From Balneola sp. (GTDB lineage: Bacteria > Bacteroidota > Rhodothermia > Balneolales > Balneolaceae), in NCBI GenBank assembly GCA_965284405.1, contig OZ260081.1:2209732-2273731 (forward strand): DNA of 64,000 bases, read 5' to 3'. The notes beneath the pieces are model-generated. The model did no database searches and was not told where the DNA came from. It saw only the letters and a list, made by a program, of their open reading frames with translations. This document shows, piece by piece, positions 10,647 to 19,451 of this stretch (the stretch's first letter is position 1; the number at the start of each line of letters is the position of its first letter). The position numbers and the translations under genes are program-made.

Positions 10647-11315
10647 TCATTCCTCCCATATATATTCGAAAAGTAAAATTCCTGCTGTTATAGTAACCCC
10701 GATAAATCCAATTAATGCAGAAAAATCGTTTGTAAAACCTTCTGAAGATCCGTCTATAAATGCACTTTTTGTGATGCTTGTAAGTAACAGAATAAATGGT
10801 ATAAAAAGCGGAATGGTCAGTACTGAAAAAATTGCTCCCTTTCTGTCAGCTTGAGAAACGATGGCAGCGATCATTGTAGAAACACCTGATAAACCAATGG
10901 TGCCAAAAATCAGGATTGTGAAAAAAGAACTCCAGGAGACAATTGTAAGATCAACCAGAAAAATATAAATACCGAATGTGAAGACATTGATAACAAAACT
11001 AAAAGCGATGTTATAAAGTAGTTTTCCTGAAAACACAGATGTTCCTGATCCATAAATTCGCAAAAGGTTGTAGGTATTTTTATCCGTCTCAGAAATAAAA
11101 CTTCTTCCCAACGAAGAAAGAGCAGCAAATAGAACGATGATCCAAATCAAACCGCTTTTTGGAGTTGGGTTAAGTTCCTGGGCTTTTAGGGTAAACATAA
11201 TTAGTAAAAGTGCAGATATTACAAAAGCGATCACCATATTGAATGCAAACCGGGTTCTGAACTCTGTCTTTAGATCCTTTTTAAAAATAGTAATTGTGCC
11301 TTGTAACCAATCCAT
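10647..11315 (-). CDS. ccmB: Heme exporter protein CcmB
   Basis: Six hydrophobic segments, N-terminal IFKKDLKTEFR. Likely start is ATG 11315; the ORF-track extension overlaps the divergent gene. Confidence 0.85.
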   Translation of the reverse strand: MDWLQGTITIFKKDLKTEFRTRFAFNMVIAFVISALLLIMFTLKAQELNPTPKSGLIWIIVLFAALSSLGRSFISETDKNTYNLLRIYGSGTSVFSGKLLYNIAFSFVINVFTFGIYIFLVDLTIVSWSSFFTILIFGTIGLSGVSTMIAAIVSQADRKGAIFSVLTIPLFIPFILLLTSITKSAFIDGSSEGFTNDFSALIGFIGVTITAGILLFEYIWEE

Positions 11316-11434
11316 ACCCAAGTTTAAGGATTTAGTATCGGAGTTGCCCAAAATCAAACAAATAATCTTTGATTGATTCCCGTTCAACTGGCTATATTCC
11401 AAGACTTGAAACCCCAATATTTAACAAGCTACAG

Positions 11435-11905
11435 ATGAACCTATTCTCATTATTGAAACCCGAAACTATTCTTTCTGAGCTTGAAGTAAGTAATAAACAG
11501 GAATTGATTTCAGTTTTGGTAGATTCTTTAAGCGATAAGATAGGCGCTGAGCATTTACAGGAAATTAAAGAAGCTGTGTGGGAGAGAGAGCAGGTGATGT
11601 CAACAGGTGTGGGAAAAGGCTTGGCAATCCCGCATTGTAAGACAGAACTAGTTGATGAAAATCATGGTGCTTTTGCCGTTCTTAAAGAACCATTGGAATT
11701 TAATTCTGTAGACGACACTCCGGTTCGACTGGTATTTCTATTGGTAGGACCGAATGAAAAGAACAGCATTCATATTAAATTATTGAGCAGGATTTCGAGA
11801 TTGATGAATAGTGGAACATTCAGGGAGCAGGTATTTAGTTGCGAAAGCTCTCAACAAATACTCGAGGCTTTTCAGGAAGAAGAAGAAAAATATTTCCCGG
11901 GTTAA
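11435..11905 (+). CDS. PTS EIIA (fructose/nitrogen-regulatory, PtsN-like) domain protein
   Basis: REQVMSTGVGKGLAIPH phospho-His motif and HIKLLSRISRL. Likely start ATG 11435. Confidence 0.88.
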   Translation: MNLFSLLKPETILSELEVSNKQELISVLVDSLSDKIGAEHLQEIKEAVWEREQVMSTGVGKGLAIPHCKTELVDENHGAFAVLKEPLEFNSVDDTPVRLVFLLVGPNEKNSIHIKLLSRISRLMNSGTFREQVFSCESSQQILEAFQEEEEKYFPG

Positions 11906-11906
11906 A

Positions 11907-13346
11907 ATGAGATTTTTAAGAACCTTAGTGCTCATAGTTCTCTCGTTTAGTGTATCTGTTTCATTATCGGCACAGGATATTGAGCAGCTATTGGAAACCC
12001 TGCCCAATCAGGAAGCATTTTGGTCATTAACTGTTTTGGATGAATCCGGTAATAAACTGGAAAACTTCAATTCTGATAAACTTATCATCCCTGCATCCAA
12101 TCAGAAATTATATACACTGGCAGCAGTTTTGGATCGGTTGGGAGGTGATTACACCTATTACACAAATATATATGGAAATGGTCAAATCACGGATTCGGTC
12201 TATTTCGGGGATTTGATTATTAGGGGAGTAGGCGACCCAAGTATTAGTGGGTTTCTTTATGATGACGATCGATATCATGTGTTTAGTGAATTTGAAAGCC
12301 AAATTAATAGCAACGGAATTAAAAATATTGCAGGTGATTTAGTTGCAAATATTGGTTTCTTCGATGAGGACGACTTTCCGATTGGGTGGGACTGGTATGA
12401 TATGTCGTTTTATTACGGAGTTGAGGTCGCACCATTATCGTTCAATAACAATGCGGTTGATTTAGTAGTAAATGCAGATGGAAAAATAGGGAATACCCCC
12501 GAAATAAATTGGTTTCCCGAAAATACAGAATACGTTGAGTTTATTAATGAACAAGAGATCGTAGAGGAAAACAGAAAATACGATGAAGATTACAAAAAAG
12601 GATTAGGATCAAACTTAATCTATCTTGGAAGCAAACTCCCAAAAGGATATTTGGAAAAAGAATCACTGGCTATATCAGAAGCGGAGAATTATTTCCTTCA
12701 TAGTTTTGATGCTTACTTAAACTTGAAAGGAATTGAAACCAATTCGACATTTGAAGTTAATAGAGATAATATTCCTGATCTTTGGATTAATTATAAAGTT
12801 ATTGCTTCCCACTCTTCTAAACCACTTTCCGAATTAATTAAATGGGCGAATAAGGAAAGCGATAACTTTTATACTGAAATGATGCTGAAAACCTTGGCAG
12901 CGGAAGAACAAGGAATTCCGGGTACCTTCGAAAACGGTATTAAAGAAGTACGAAATTTTCTGGCAGAACAAGGAGTGGATACCAATTTGGTGAAAATGAA
13001 CGATGGTTCCGGTTTAGCAATGGGGAATTATACCACAACGGGAAACATCAGCAAGTTGCTGTATTCGATGAAATCCCATAATGAATGGGATGTGTTTTAT
13101 AACAGTTTCCCGGTTGCAGGAATTGATGGTTCCATTGCTCATCGGTTTAAAGGAACCGAATTGTATAATAATATTCGTGCAAAAACAGGGTATGTAAGTG
13201 GAGTGAGGACACTAAGTGGTTACATGACTACCCGATCTGGAAAACAAATCATTTTTAGTTTAGCCACTAATCATTTTGCAGGAAAAGTACGTCCCGTAGA
13301 TAATTCTCATCATCAGATTTTGCAATATCTGTATGAAAAATATTGA
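11907..13346 (+). CDS. dacB: D-alanyl-D-alanine carboxypeptidase/endopeptidase (peptidase S13, PBP4)
   Basis: Signal peptide after ATG 11907. SxxK (PASNQK), SxN (ESDN) and KTG (AKTG) motifs, plus DGSGL. Confidence 0.93.
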   Translation: MRFLRTLVLIVLSFSVSVSLSAQDIEQLLETLPNQEAFWSLTVLDESGNKLENFNSDKLIIPASNQKLYTLAAVLDRLGGDYTYYTNIYGNGQITDSVYFGDLIIRGVGDPSISGFLYDDDRYHVFSEFESQINSNGIKNIAGDLVANIGFFDEDDFPIGWDWYDMSFYYGVEVAPLSFNNNAVDLVVNADGKIGNTPEINWFPENTEYVEFINEQEIVEENRKYDEDYKKGLGSNLIYLGSKLPKGYLEKESLAISEAENYFLHSFDAYLNLKGIETNSTFEVNRDNIPDLWINYKVIASHSSKPLSELIKWANKESDNFYTEMMLKTLAAEEQGIPGTFENGIKEVRNFLAEQGVDTNLVKMNDGSGLAMGNYTTTGNISKLLYSMKSHNEWDVFYNSFPVAGIDGSIAHRFKGTELYNNIRAKTGYVSGVRTLSGYMTTRSGKQIIFSLATNHFAGKVRPVDNSHHQILQYLYEKY

Positions 13347-13358
13347 TTAGATTCAGCC

Positions 13359-14732
13359 ATGCCGAAATCTAAACCACATATCTTAGTTACAGATGATGAA
13401 CGAGGTATTCGTAACACTCTGAAGGAAATTCTTGAATTCGAAGATTATGAAGTTTCTCTGGCGGAAAGTGGTACAGAAACTTTAGAAATGATCTCCAAAA
13501 ATGAATTCGATTTGTTGTTTTTGGATATCAAGATGAAAGGAATCGACGGCATCGAAACGCTCCGACAAATAAGAACAGCCGGTTTTGAATTTCCGGTAAT
13601 TATGATCTCAGGTCATGGCACCATTGATATTGCCGTGGAAGCAACGAAAATGGGAGCCTTCGATTTTCTTGAAAAACCACCTGACCTGAACAGATTACTT
13701 CTCACAGTCAGAAACGCACTTTCTCAACAGGATCTGGCTAAAGAAGTAAAACAGATCAGAAAAAAGCTTCCTAAGATCCAGGAGATAGTTGGAGAAAGCA
13801 AAGCTATTACTAAGATCAAGGAAATGATCGACAAAGTAGCACCGACACAATCCAGAGTTTTGATCACAGGCGAAAACGGAACCGGTAAAGAGTTGGTAGC
13901 TAAATGGATCCATGAGAAAAGCACGAGAAGTGGAGATGTATTTGTAGAAGTAAACTGTGCTGCAATTCCCTCTGAATTATTAGAAAGTGAGCTTTTTGGT
14001 CATGAGAAAGGAGCTTTTACCGGCGCCAATGAGCAAAGAATTGGTAAGTTTGAGCAAGCTGATGGAGGTACACTCTTTCTGGATGAGATCGGGGATATGA
14101 GTTTAGAAGCACAAGCAAAAGTACTTCGTGCTCTTCAGGAAAATACCATTACGCGGGTTGGAGGAAATGAATCTATCAAAGTTGATGTGAGGATTCTGGC
14201 AGCTACCAATAAAGATCTGCAATCAGAAATTAAAGAAGGAAACTTCAGAGAAGATCTTTTTCACAGAATTAGCGTAATACCGATAGAGGTGCCTAGTTTA
14301 AATGAAAGAGCAGGAGATATTCCGTTAATTGCCAGATCCTGTCTCGAAAAATTAAAGGCAACTGATATAAGCTTTTCATCAGTAGAATTTGATGATTCAG
14401 GATTGAAAGCCCTCAAGAAAAGAAACTGGACAGGAAATGTTCGTGAACTATATAACGCTGTAGAAAGATTAGGTATCTTATCAGCTGACGGTTTAATAGA
14501 TAAGGAGTCTGTAGAAAGTGTATTATCGTCGAAAAAAATAGATGGAAAAGATCTTGGCGGACTTGCAGATGAGACAGATAACTTCCAGGATTTTAAAGAG
14601 ACAGCAGAGCGAATATTTTTGGTTAAACAACTCGAAAAGAACGATTGGAATATTTCTCAAACTGCAGATGCGGTGGGCTTACAGCGCAGTCATATCTACA
14701 ACAAAATGAAAAAATATAATATAGAGCGATAG
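13359..14732 (+). CDS. Sigma-54-dependent response regulator, NtrC/NtrX family
   Basis: REC domain (DDE, LDIKM), Walker A GENGTGKE, ESELFGHEKGAFTGA, FLDEIG, Fis-type HTH. Confidence 0.93.
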   Translation: MPKSKPHILVTDDERGIRNTLKEILEFEDYEVSLAESGTETLEMISKNEFDLLFLDIKMKGIDGIETLRQIRTAGFEFPVIMISGHGTIDIAVEATKMGAFDFLEKPPDLNRLLLTVRNALSQQDLAKEVKQIRKKLPKIQEIVGESKAITKIKEMIDKVAPTQSRVLITGENGTGKELVAKWIHEKSTRSGDVFVEVNCAAIPSELLESELFGHEKGAFTGANEQRIGKFEQADGGTLFLDEIGDMSLEAQAKVLRALQENTITRVGGNESIKVDVRILAATNKDLQSEIKEGNFREDLFHRISVIPIEVPSLNERAGDIPLIARSCLEKLKATDISFSSVEFDDSGLKALKKRNWTGNVRELYNAVERLGILSADGLIDKESVESVLSSKKIDGKDLGGLADETDNFQDFKETAERIFLVKQLEKNDWNISQTADAVGLQRSHIYNKMKKYNIER

Positions 14733-14733
14733 C

Positions 14734-15627
14734 ATGAGTGCAGAAATCATTGATGGTAAAAAAGTAGCAGGACTGGTCAGAGATCGTGTGAGAGAAGATG
14801 TTTCTGACTGGAAAGCAAAAGGTAACAGAGCTCCTTTTCTGCAAGTAGTGTTGGTTGGTGATGATCCTGCGTCAAGAGTGTATACCGGTGCTAAAACAAA
14901 AGCCTGTGAAGATGTAGGTATTGAAACCAAAACAGAGATATTACAAGATACCATCTCGGCTAAGGAATTAAAGGCTTTAATACGAGAGTACAATACTGAC
15001 GACTCTATCGATGGGATTTTAGTTCAGCTTCCCTTACCGTCTCATTTAAGTTCTCATGATGTGATCGAAACTATAGATCACCGAAAAGATGTGGACGGTT
15101 TCCATCCTATGAATGTGGGGAGATTATCTCTGGATCAGCCTTGTTTTAAAAGTTGTACTCCCGCAGGTGTGATGGAATTATTCAAACATTACAGCATTGG
15201 AGTGAAAGCAAAACATGCAGTTGTTGTTGGTGCAAGTAATATAGTCGGCTCGCCAATGGCAACGATGCTTTCCAGAGAGAATTCGTCAGGAAAAGCGACT
15301 ACTACTATTTGTCATAAATACACCAAAGATCTTACTCTGCATACCATTAATGCTGATATTTTGATCGTAGCAGCCGGACAACCACATCTGGTAAAGGCTG
15401 AAATGGTAAAAGAAGGAGCTGTTATTGTGGATGTGGGCATCAACAGAGTAGCTGATGAAACTTCCGAAAAAGGGTACAAGTTAGTTGGGGATGTAGACTT
15501 TGAATCCGTAAAGAAAAAAGCCAGCTGGATCACACCTGTTCCTGGTGGGGTTGGCCCAATGACAGTAGCAATGCTGATGAAAAATACTCTCCTTGCTGCC
15601 AAGAAGAGTATTTATCCGGTTGATTAG
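14734..15627 (+). CDS. folD: Bifunctional methylenetetrahydrofolate dehydrogenase/cyclohydrolase
   Basis: [34 protein letters not shown] motifs. Confidence 0.97.
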   Translation: MSAEIIDGKKVAGLVRDRVREDVSDWKAKGNRAPFLQVVLVGDDPASRVYTGAKTKACEDVGIETKTEILQDTISAKELKALIREYNTDDSIDGILVQLPLPSHLSSHDVIETIDHRKDVDGFHPMNVGRLSLDQPCFKSCTPAGVMELFKHYSIGVKAKHAVVVGASNIVGSPMATMLSRENSSGKATTTICHKYTKDLTLHTINADILIVAAGQPHLVKAEMVKEGAVIVDVGINRVADETSEKGYKLVGDVDFESVKKKASWITPVPGGVGPMTVAMLMKNTLLAAKKSIYPVD

Positions 15628-15629
15628 TC
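15453..15629 (+). repeat. Direct repeat copy 1 (177 bp): folD 3' end plus 2 nt
   Basis: Aligns without gaps to 16614-16790 with 6 mismatches. Confidence 0.95.
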
Positions 15630-16559
15630 AATTCTTTTATAAATGATAGAACTGGAAGAAAGGTTACCACTTGTAAATATTTCATATTTTTGTAAACCTT
15701 CATTAGGTATAAATACTACTTCTCCTCCCCAACTGCCTTCGGATGGACAAATTAAACTGTCAACTTTAAAGCCACATCCAGAGTATAATCTTTTTAGCTC
15801 CGAATCTGACCAATTATAGGGTGGAACATCTAAATTCGGAAGGTATAAAAACATACGTTTAAAGAAAGACTGATCTGTAGATTTTAAAATGCCATTTTCT
15901 AGGCTTGTAGTAAATTTTTCAGTAGTTATTGTGTTTGGGAAAGTTTCAGTTACTAAAGTATCATTTCCATTCGCTACTCTTTTATAGTAGTAATGTAAAA
16001 TTTTCTCTTTGGTATACTCAAAACTATATCCATTTTTAGATTCTCTTTCAGTTTTTAACTCTTTGTCAAATTTTAAAGTTATAGTGCTTTCTGAATAAAT
16101 TTCCTCCAAACCATGAGCTGGAGCTAAACTATAATTAAAAATTAAACTAAATTTCCATATTGCACCCTCTTCTATAAGAATTAAAGAGTTGTCAATATTG
16201 TCCATAATGATTGGTTCAATAGCTAAACTGTCAACTTCTCCATCAAACGTTATTTTCTTTATATCTGAGTAAATAACTATGTTGTTTTCAAGAGGGAGTT
16301 TGCTTTGAATTTCGATTGTATCATTTATACTTACTAGATCATCAAATTCGAATTCGTATTTACCGTAACCATATGTTAGGGTTTTGTATTCACTGGTTCC
16401 TATTTTTAAAAATACTTCAGCACTATCTACACCATAATTGGGATAAATCCCTCCATCACCAACGACTATTCCAGAAATAATGTACTTACTAGTACTTTTA
16501 GAATTATTAACCGAACACCCTAGAATAGGTAATAAAAAGAGAAATACAATTTTTTTCAT
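15624..16559 (-). CDS. Hypothetical lipoprotein (cargo between the folD repeats)
   Basis: MKK + hydrophobic stretch + lipobox ILGC. Very AT-rich, no recognised domain. Confidence 0.7.
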   Translation of the reverse strand: MKKIVFLFLLPILGCSVNNSKSTSKYIISGIVVGDGGIYPNYGVDSAEVFLKIGTSEYKTLTYGYGKYEFEFDDLVSINDTIEIQSKLPLENNIVIYSDIKKITFDGEVDSLAIEPIIMDNIDNSLILIEEGAIWKFSLIFNYSLAPAHGLEEIYSESTITLKFDKELKTERESKNGYSFEYTKEKILHYYYKRVANGNDTLVTETFPNTITTEKFTTSLENGILKSTDQSFFKRMFLYLPNLDVPPYNWSDSELKRLYSGCGFKVDSLICPSEGSWGGEVVFIPNEGLQKYEIFTSGNLSSSSIIYKRID

Positions 16560-16613
16560 TGTATAACTTATTATTTAATGATCAGTTAATCAATTTATAA
16601 GAGTGGTTAATAT

Positions 16614-16790
16614 TGATGAAACTTCTGAAAAAGGGTACAAGTTAGTTGGGGATGTAGACTTTGAATCCGTAAAGAAAAAAGCCAGCTGGATCACACCTGT
16701 TCCTGGTGGGGTTGGTCCAATGACAGTAGGTATGCTGATGAAAAATACTCTCCTTGCTGCTAAGAAGAGTATTTATCCTGTTGATTAGTC
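16614..16790 (+). pseudogene. folD: Displaced/duplicated folD 3' fragment (direct repeat copy 2)
   Basis: Encodes [16 protein letters not shown]...SIYPVD*, identical to the FolD C-terminus except one Ala->Gly. No upstream folD sequence. Confidence 0.93.
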
Positions 16791-17201
16791 TAAAGTTCCT
16801 ATTTGAAGTTCCTTTGCTGCTTTTATAAGTGTTTTATCGAAAGTAAATATTTTAAGATTATTTTCAGAAGCAGCTGCTAGATGTAAAGCATCTAAAGTTC
16901 GAAGAGGGGTTGAGGTGGAAGAAAGCAAAATCTCAGCGTTTGAAAATACTAAGCTATCTAAATCCAAAACCTTGAAAATACCAATGCTTATATGATCTTT
17001 AAACAAAGCATATATTTTCTTTACTGAGGAATTAGATAGTTCATTCATTCTGGCTCTCTTTTTTAAGGAAGAAAGCATTTCTATTATGGTGAGTCTGCTT
17101 ATAAAGACATCAGGACTTTTATTGATCAGCTGATCTACATGGTTAGAATTTGTTTCATCAATGTAAAAAGCGAAAAGACAACTTGTATCTATATACATCA
17201 A
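16785..17201 (-). CDS. vapC: Type II TA toxin, VapC/PIN domain
   Basis: PIN acidic residues in [19 protein letters not shown] and TFD. 138 aa, overlaps the antitoxin stop. Confidence 0.9.
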   Translation of the reverse strand: MMYIDTSCLFAFYIDETNSNHVDQLINKSPDVFISRLTIIEMLSSLKKRARMNELSNSSVKKIYALFKDHISIGIFKVLDLDSLVFSNAEILLSSTSTPLRTLDALHLAAASENNLKIFTFDKTLIKAAKELQIGTLD

Positions 17202-17440
17202 TACTTGTCTTCCTTTCTCATGTCAATTACAAACTCTGACATAGGTTTTCCCTTTACTTTAAATTGCTTTCTGAATTCCGTCATATTGGGAAGTTTATTT
17301 TTCCTGGGTTCGTTATAGTTCACCAGCTTGGCAATTGGTTTGTTGTGTTTAGTGATTATGATTTCTTCACCATTTTCAGCTGCCGCCAAATATTTTGCTA
17401 ACTCTTCTCTAACTTGATTTACAGGGACTTTTTTCATCAC
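17198..17440 (-). CDS. Type II TA antitoxin, Phd/YefM family
   Basis: VNQVREELAKYLAAAENGEEIIITKHNKPIAKLV is a classic Phd N-terminal fold. Lies upstream of vapC. Confidence 0.9.
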   Translation of the reverse strand: MMKKVPVNQVREELAKYLAAAENGEEIIITKHNKPIAKLVNYNEPRKNKLPNMTEFRKQFKVKGKPMSEFVIDMRKEDKY

Positions 17441-17446
17441 AATTTA

Positions 17447-17470
17447 TTTATGTACATAAATAATGTACAT
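17447..17470. promoter_or_regulatory. Putative antitoxin operator: two TGTACA palindromes
   Basis: Perfect 14-bp palindrome TTTATGTACATAAA (17447-17460) and ATGTACAT (17463-17470) immediately 5' of the phd/yefM start. TGTACA is the YefM operator core. Confidence 0.7.
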
Positions 17471-17490
17471 AAATCTCATTGATATTCAAA

Positions 17491-18030
17491 TCAGTTCTCA
17501 CTCGATTCAGCAACTGAAATATTTTTGGGATACATCTTTATTATCAGTTGTTTTTGCGAGCTATTGTTTACAAGCGATTTGAATTCAATTCCAAATTCTG
17601 AAATAGAAGCCTCGTTCCTAAGCTGTTTATAGGTTCCCATCACTTCATCAAGCATATCGATATAAACCTTATATGGTGTTTCTCGCTGAGTTTTTAAAGA
17701 TATAATGGCTTTTTGAGGAGAGTCTGATAGTTCAGGATCTTTTCCTCTGTTATTTATGAACTCCCTGAGGATTGGTTTTACTTCTTCGATCAATACAGGT
17801 TTATCATCCATCCTGATCAACCCATCAGCATTGACAAGAATATTCATGAGATTTCTTTCGTGTATTTGAGGTCTGTCGTCTTGAATGGGGGGAGGCAGTA
17901 CTAAAGATATCCCGGTATCTACATTGATGGTTGTAGTAACCAGAAAAAAGATGAGCAGTAAAAAAGCAATATCAGCCATAGAAGAGCCATTTATAGAAGC
18001 TTTTTCACGGATTGGTTTGTTATTGAACAT
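17491..18030 (-). CDS. exbD: Biopolymer transport protein ExbD/TolR family
   Basis: MADIAFLLLIFFLVTT transmembrane motif with conserved Asp. Confidence 0.88.
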   Translation of the reverse strand: MFNNKPIREKASINGSSMADIAFLLLIFFLVTTTINVDTGISLVLPPPIQDDRPQIHERNLMNILVNADGLIRMDDKPVLIEEVKPILREFINNRGKDPELSDSPQKAIISLKTQRETPYKVYIDMLDEVMGTYKQLRNEASISEFGIEFKSLVNNSSQKQLIIKMYPKNISVAESSEN

Positions 18031-18092
18031 AGTAAACTCCTTAATTTATAAAGTTATACTATATATAAGCTCATTATTAACATGGTATTCAG

Positions 18093-18149
18093 TAGCATTT
18101 AAATGCTATTAGAATAATTTTAAAAAAGAGGGTGACACTATGCTGTCAC
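18093..18149. promoter_or_regulatory. Two inverted repeats in the divergent exbD/hypothetical promoter region
   Basis: Perfect 16-bp palindrome TAGCATTTAAATGCTA (18093-18108) and GTGACA-N6-TGTCAC (18132-18149). Confidence 0.45.
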
Positions 18150-18196
18150 TATGTATGATTAAGTTTGGGTAAACAATAAAACAAAACCCAATTATC

Positions 18197-18544
18197 ATGA
18201 CGCTTCATGCACTTACAACTCCGGCAATCTCTAAAAAATCAGAAACTAAACTTTTTGTTGCTCCACTTTTAAATCGTATCAAAAAAGAAAGCAAACAAGA
18301 GTTTGTAGAAATGCAGCAGACCTTTGATTTAATGGGTTGGGGAGAATTACCTGATGAATTGAAGATCGAGATCTATGATGACGTTCGCTTCATGGTTCAG
18401 GAATTAAAAGGCTATTATTCAAGCTGTGACCAGTTTGTTCAGCAAAGAAGAAACACAGTTCACTTTTGGGTAAGTAGCTTTCAGGATGGAATTTGCTCTC
18501 TGGAAGCCGCCATTAAAGCGTTGAAAGTGAAATCTCTTGCATGA
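18197..18544 (+). CDS. Hypothetical protein
   Basis: 115-aa ORF filling the gap with an A-rich leader. No recognised domain. Confidence 0.7.
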   Translation: MTLHALTTPAISKKSETKLFVAPLLNRIKKESKQEFVEMQQTFDLMGWGELPDELKIEIYDDVRFMVQELKGYYSSCDQFVQQRRNTVHFWVSSFQDGICSLEAAIKALKVKSLA

Positions 18545-18552
18545 AGTTTTAA

Positions 18553-18597
18553 ACCGCCGACAATTCAGTGAGTCCTGTTTCCGGATTTGTTGGCGGT
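18553..18597. terminator. Inverted repeat between convergent genes (possible bidirectional terminator)
   Basis: ACCGCCGACAA (18553-18563) pairs with TTGTTGGCGGT (18587-18597). The 23-nt loop includes the stop of the minus-strand gene. Confidence 0.4.
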
Positions 18598-19326
18598 ATT
18601 TTCATTAGAATATACATCTTCGTCTTCTATAGATATCTTCGCATTCCCGGAAGAGCTTATCTTTTTTGAGATAGTTCGGATCATATTCTTAAGCCGTCGT
18701 TTTTCTCTGGAGTAATAGTATTTCATGTACATTAGGCCGCCTGAAAAAGCTACCAAACCACCCAATGGTGCAAACATTACAGCAGTGGATTTAGGAAGTC
18801 CTATTCCTTTTAAAGTAACTAACATAAACACAGAGCCCAAAAATGCAGGGATAAATAGAAGAGGGATCTTCATTGCAGACCAATTATGGACATACTGAAT
18901 TTTAGTTTTTCCATCTTTAGGAGTTAATGAGATATGCTTGTAGCCAAATTCGCCTCTTCTTTGCTCCCATTCAAACGACTTTCCGGTTTTTGCTGACTTA
19001 CCGATTCCTCCGGTCACTTTTCTGATTTCCTGAACAACTTCTTCCCATTGCTCTGAAGACATTTCCTTATCAACATAGGTTACCTCTTGTAATTTAGAGG
19101 TCACCTTACTCCACTTAAATTCCTGATCGAAATCAGGTTTATCATGGATATGTATGGCTTCTAAAAGAGATGCTCTATCAATGCCGACTTCATTGGCAAG
19201 TTCCAGAATTTCCTGCTCTGAGAGTCCATCTTTATCACCGTAAAGATCTTTTTGCGTCTGAATTTCAGAAGCTCTTTTGAGTATTTTACTGATCTCTTTT
19301 TTTGTATAAATATGATCGTTGCCCAT
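18565..19326 (-). CDS. Hypothetical membrane protein (two C-terminal TM helices)
   Basis: N-terminal Y..KEI..IL.RA...LSEQEILELANEVGID helical motif. Two hydrophobic segments near the C-terminus. Confidence 0.75.
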   Translation of the reverse strand: MGNDHIYTKKEISKILKRASEIQTQKDLYGDKDGLSEQEILELANEVGIDRASLLEAIHIHDKPDFDQEFKWSKVTSKLQEVTYVDKEMSSEQWEEVVQEIRKVTGGIGKSAKTGKSFEWEQRRGEFGYKHISLTPKDGKTKIQYVHNWSAMKIPLLFIPAFLGSVFMLVTLKGIGLPKSTAVMFAPLGGLVAFSGGLMYMKYYYSREKRRLKNMIRTISKKISSSGNAKISIEDEDVYSNENTANKSGNRTH

Positions 19327-19406
19327 AAAGTTGTATTAAATTCTATCGAATCTACCGAAAGCTTAAAAAATAGTTTAAACTACAAGCACTTCCATACAGA
19401 TATCCT

Positions 19407-19414
19407 TATCTTTG
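19407..19414 (+). promoter_or_regulatory. Bacteroidota-type -7 promoter element for guaB
   Basis: TATCTTTG matches TAnnTTTG, about 37 nt before ATG 19452. Confidence 0.5.
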
Positions 19415-19451
19415 AAAAACTGCAAGCCAAATTTTTTGTTTCATGTATAAA

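Noticed and set aside
11316-11906. Extended N-termini from the ORF track for ccmB, PTS EIIA and dacB (also bactofilin, redoxin, SDR)
   Set aside because: The extensions overlap neighbouring genes. Downstream ATGs give family-typical starts or signal peptides.
16603-16788. 61-aa ORF identical to the FolD C-terminus as a functional small protein
   Set aside because: It is the duplicated 3' fragment. The GTG start lies outside the homologous region and the fragment lacks most of both FolD domains.
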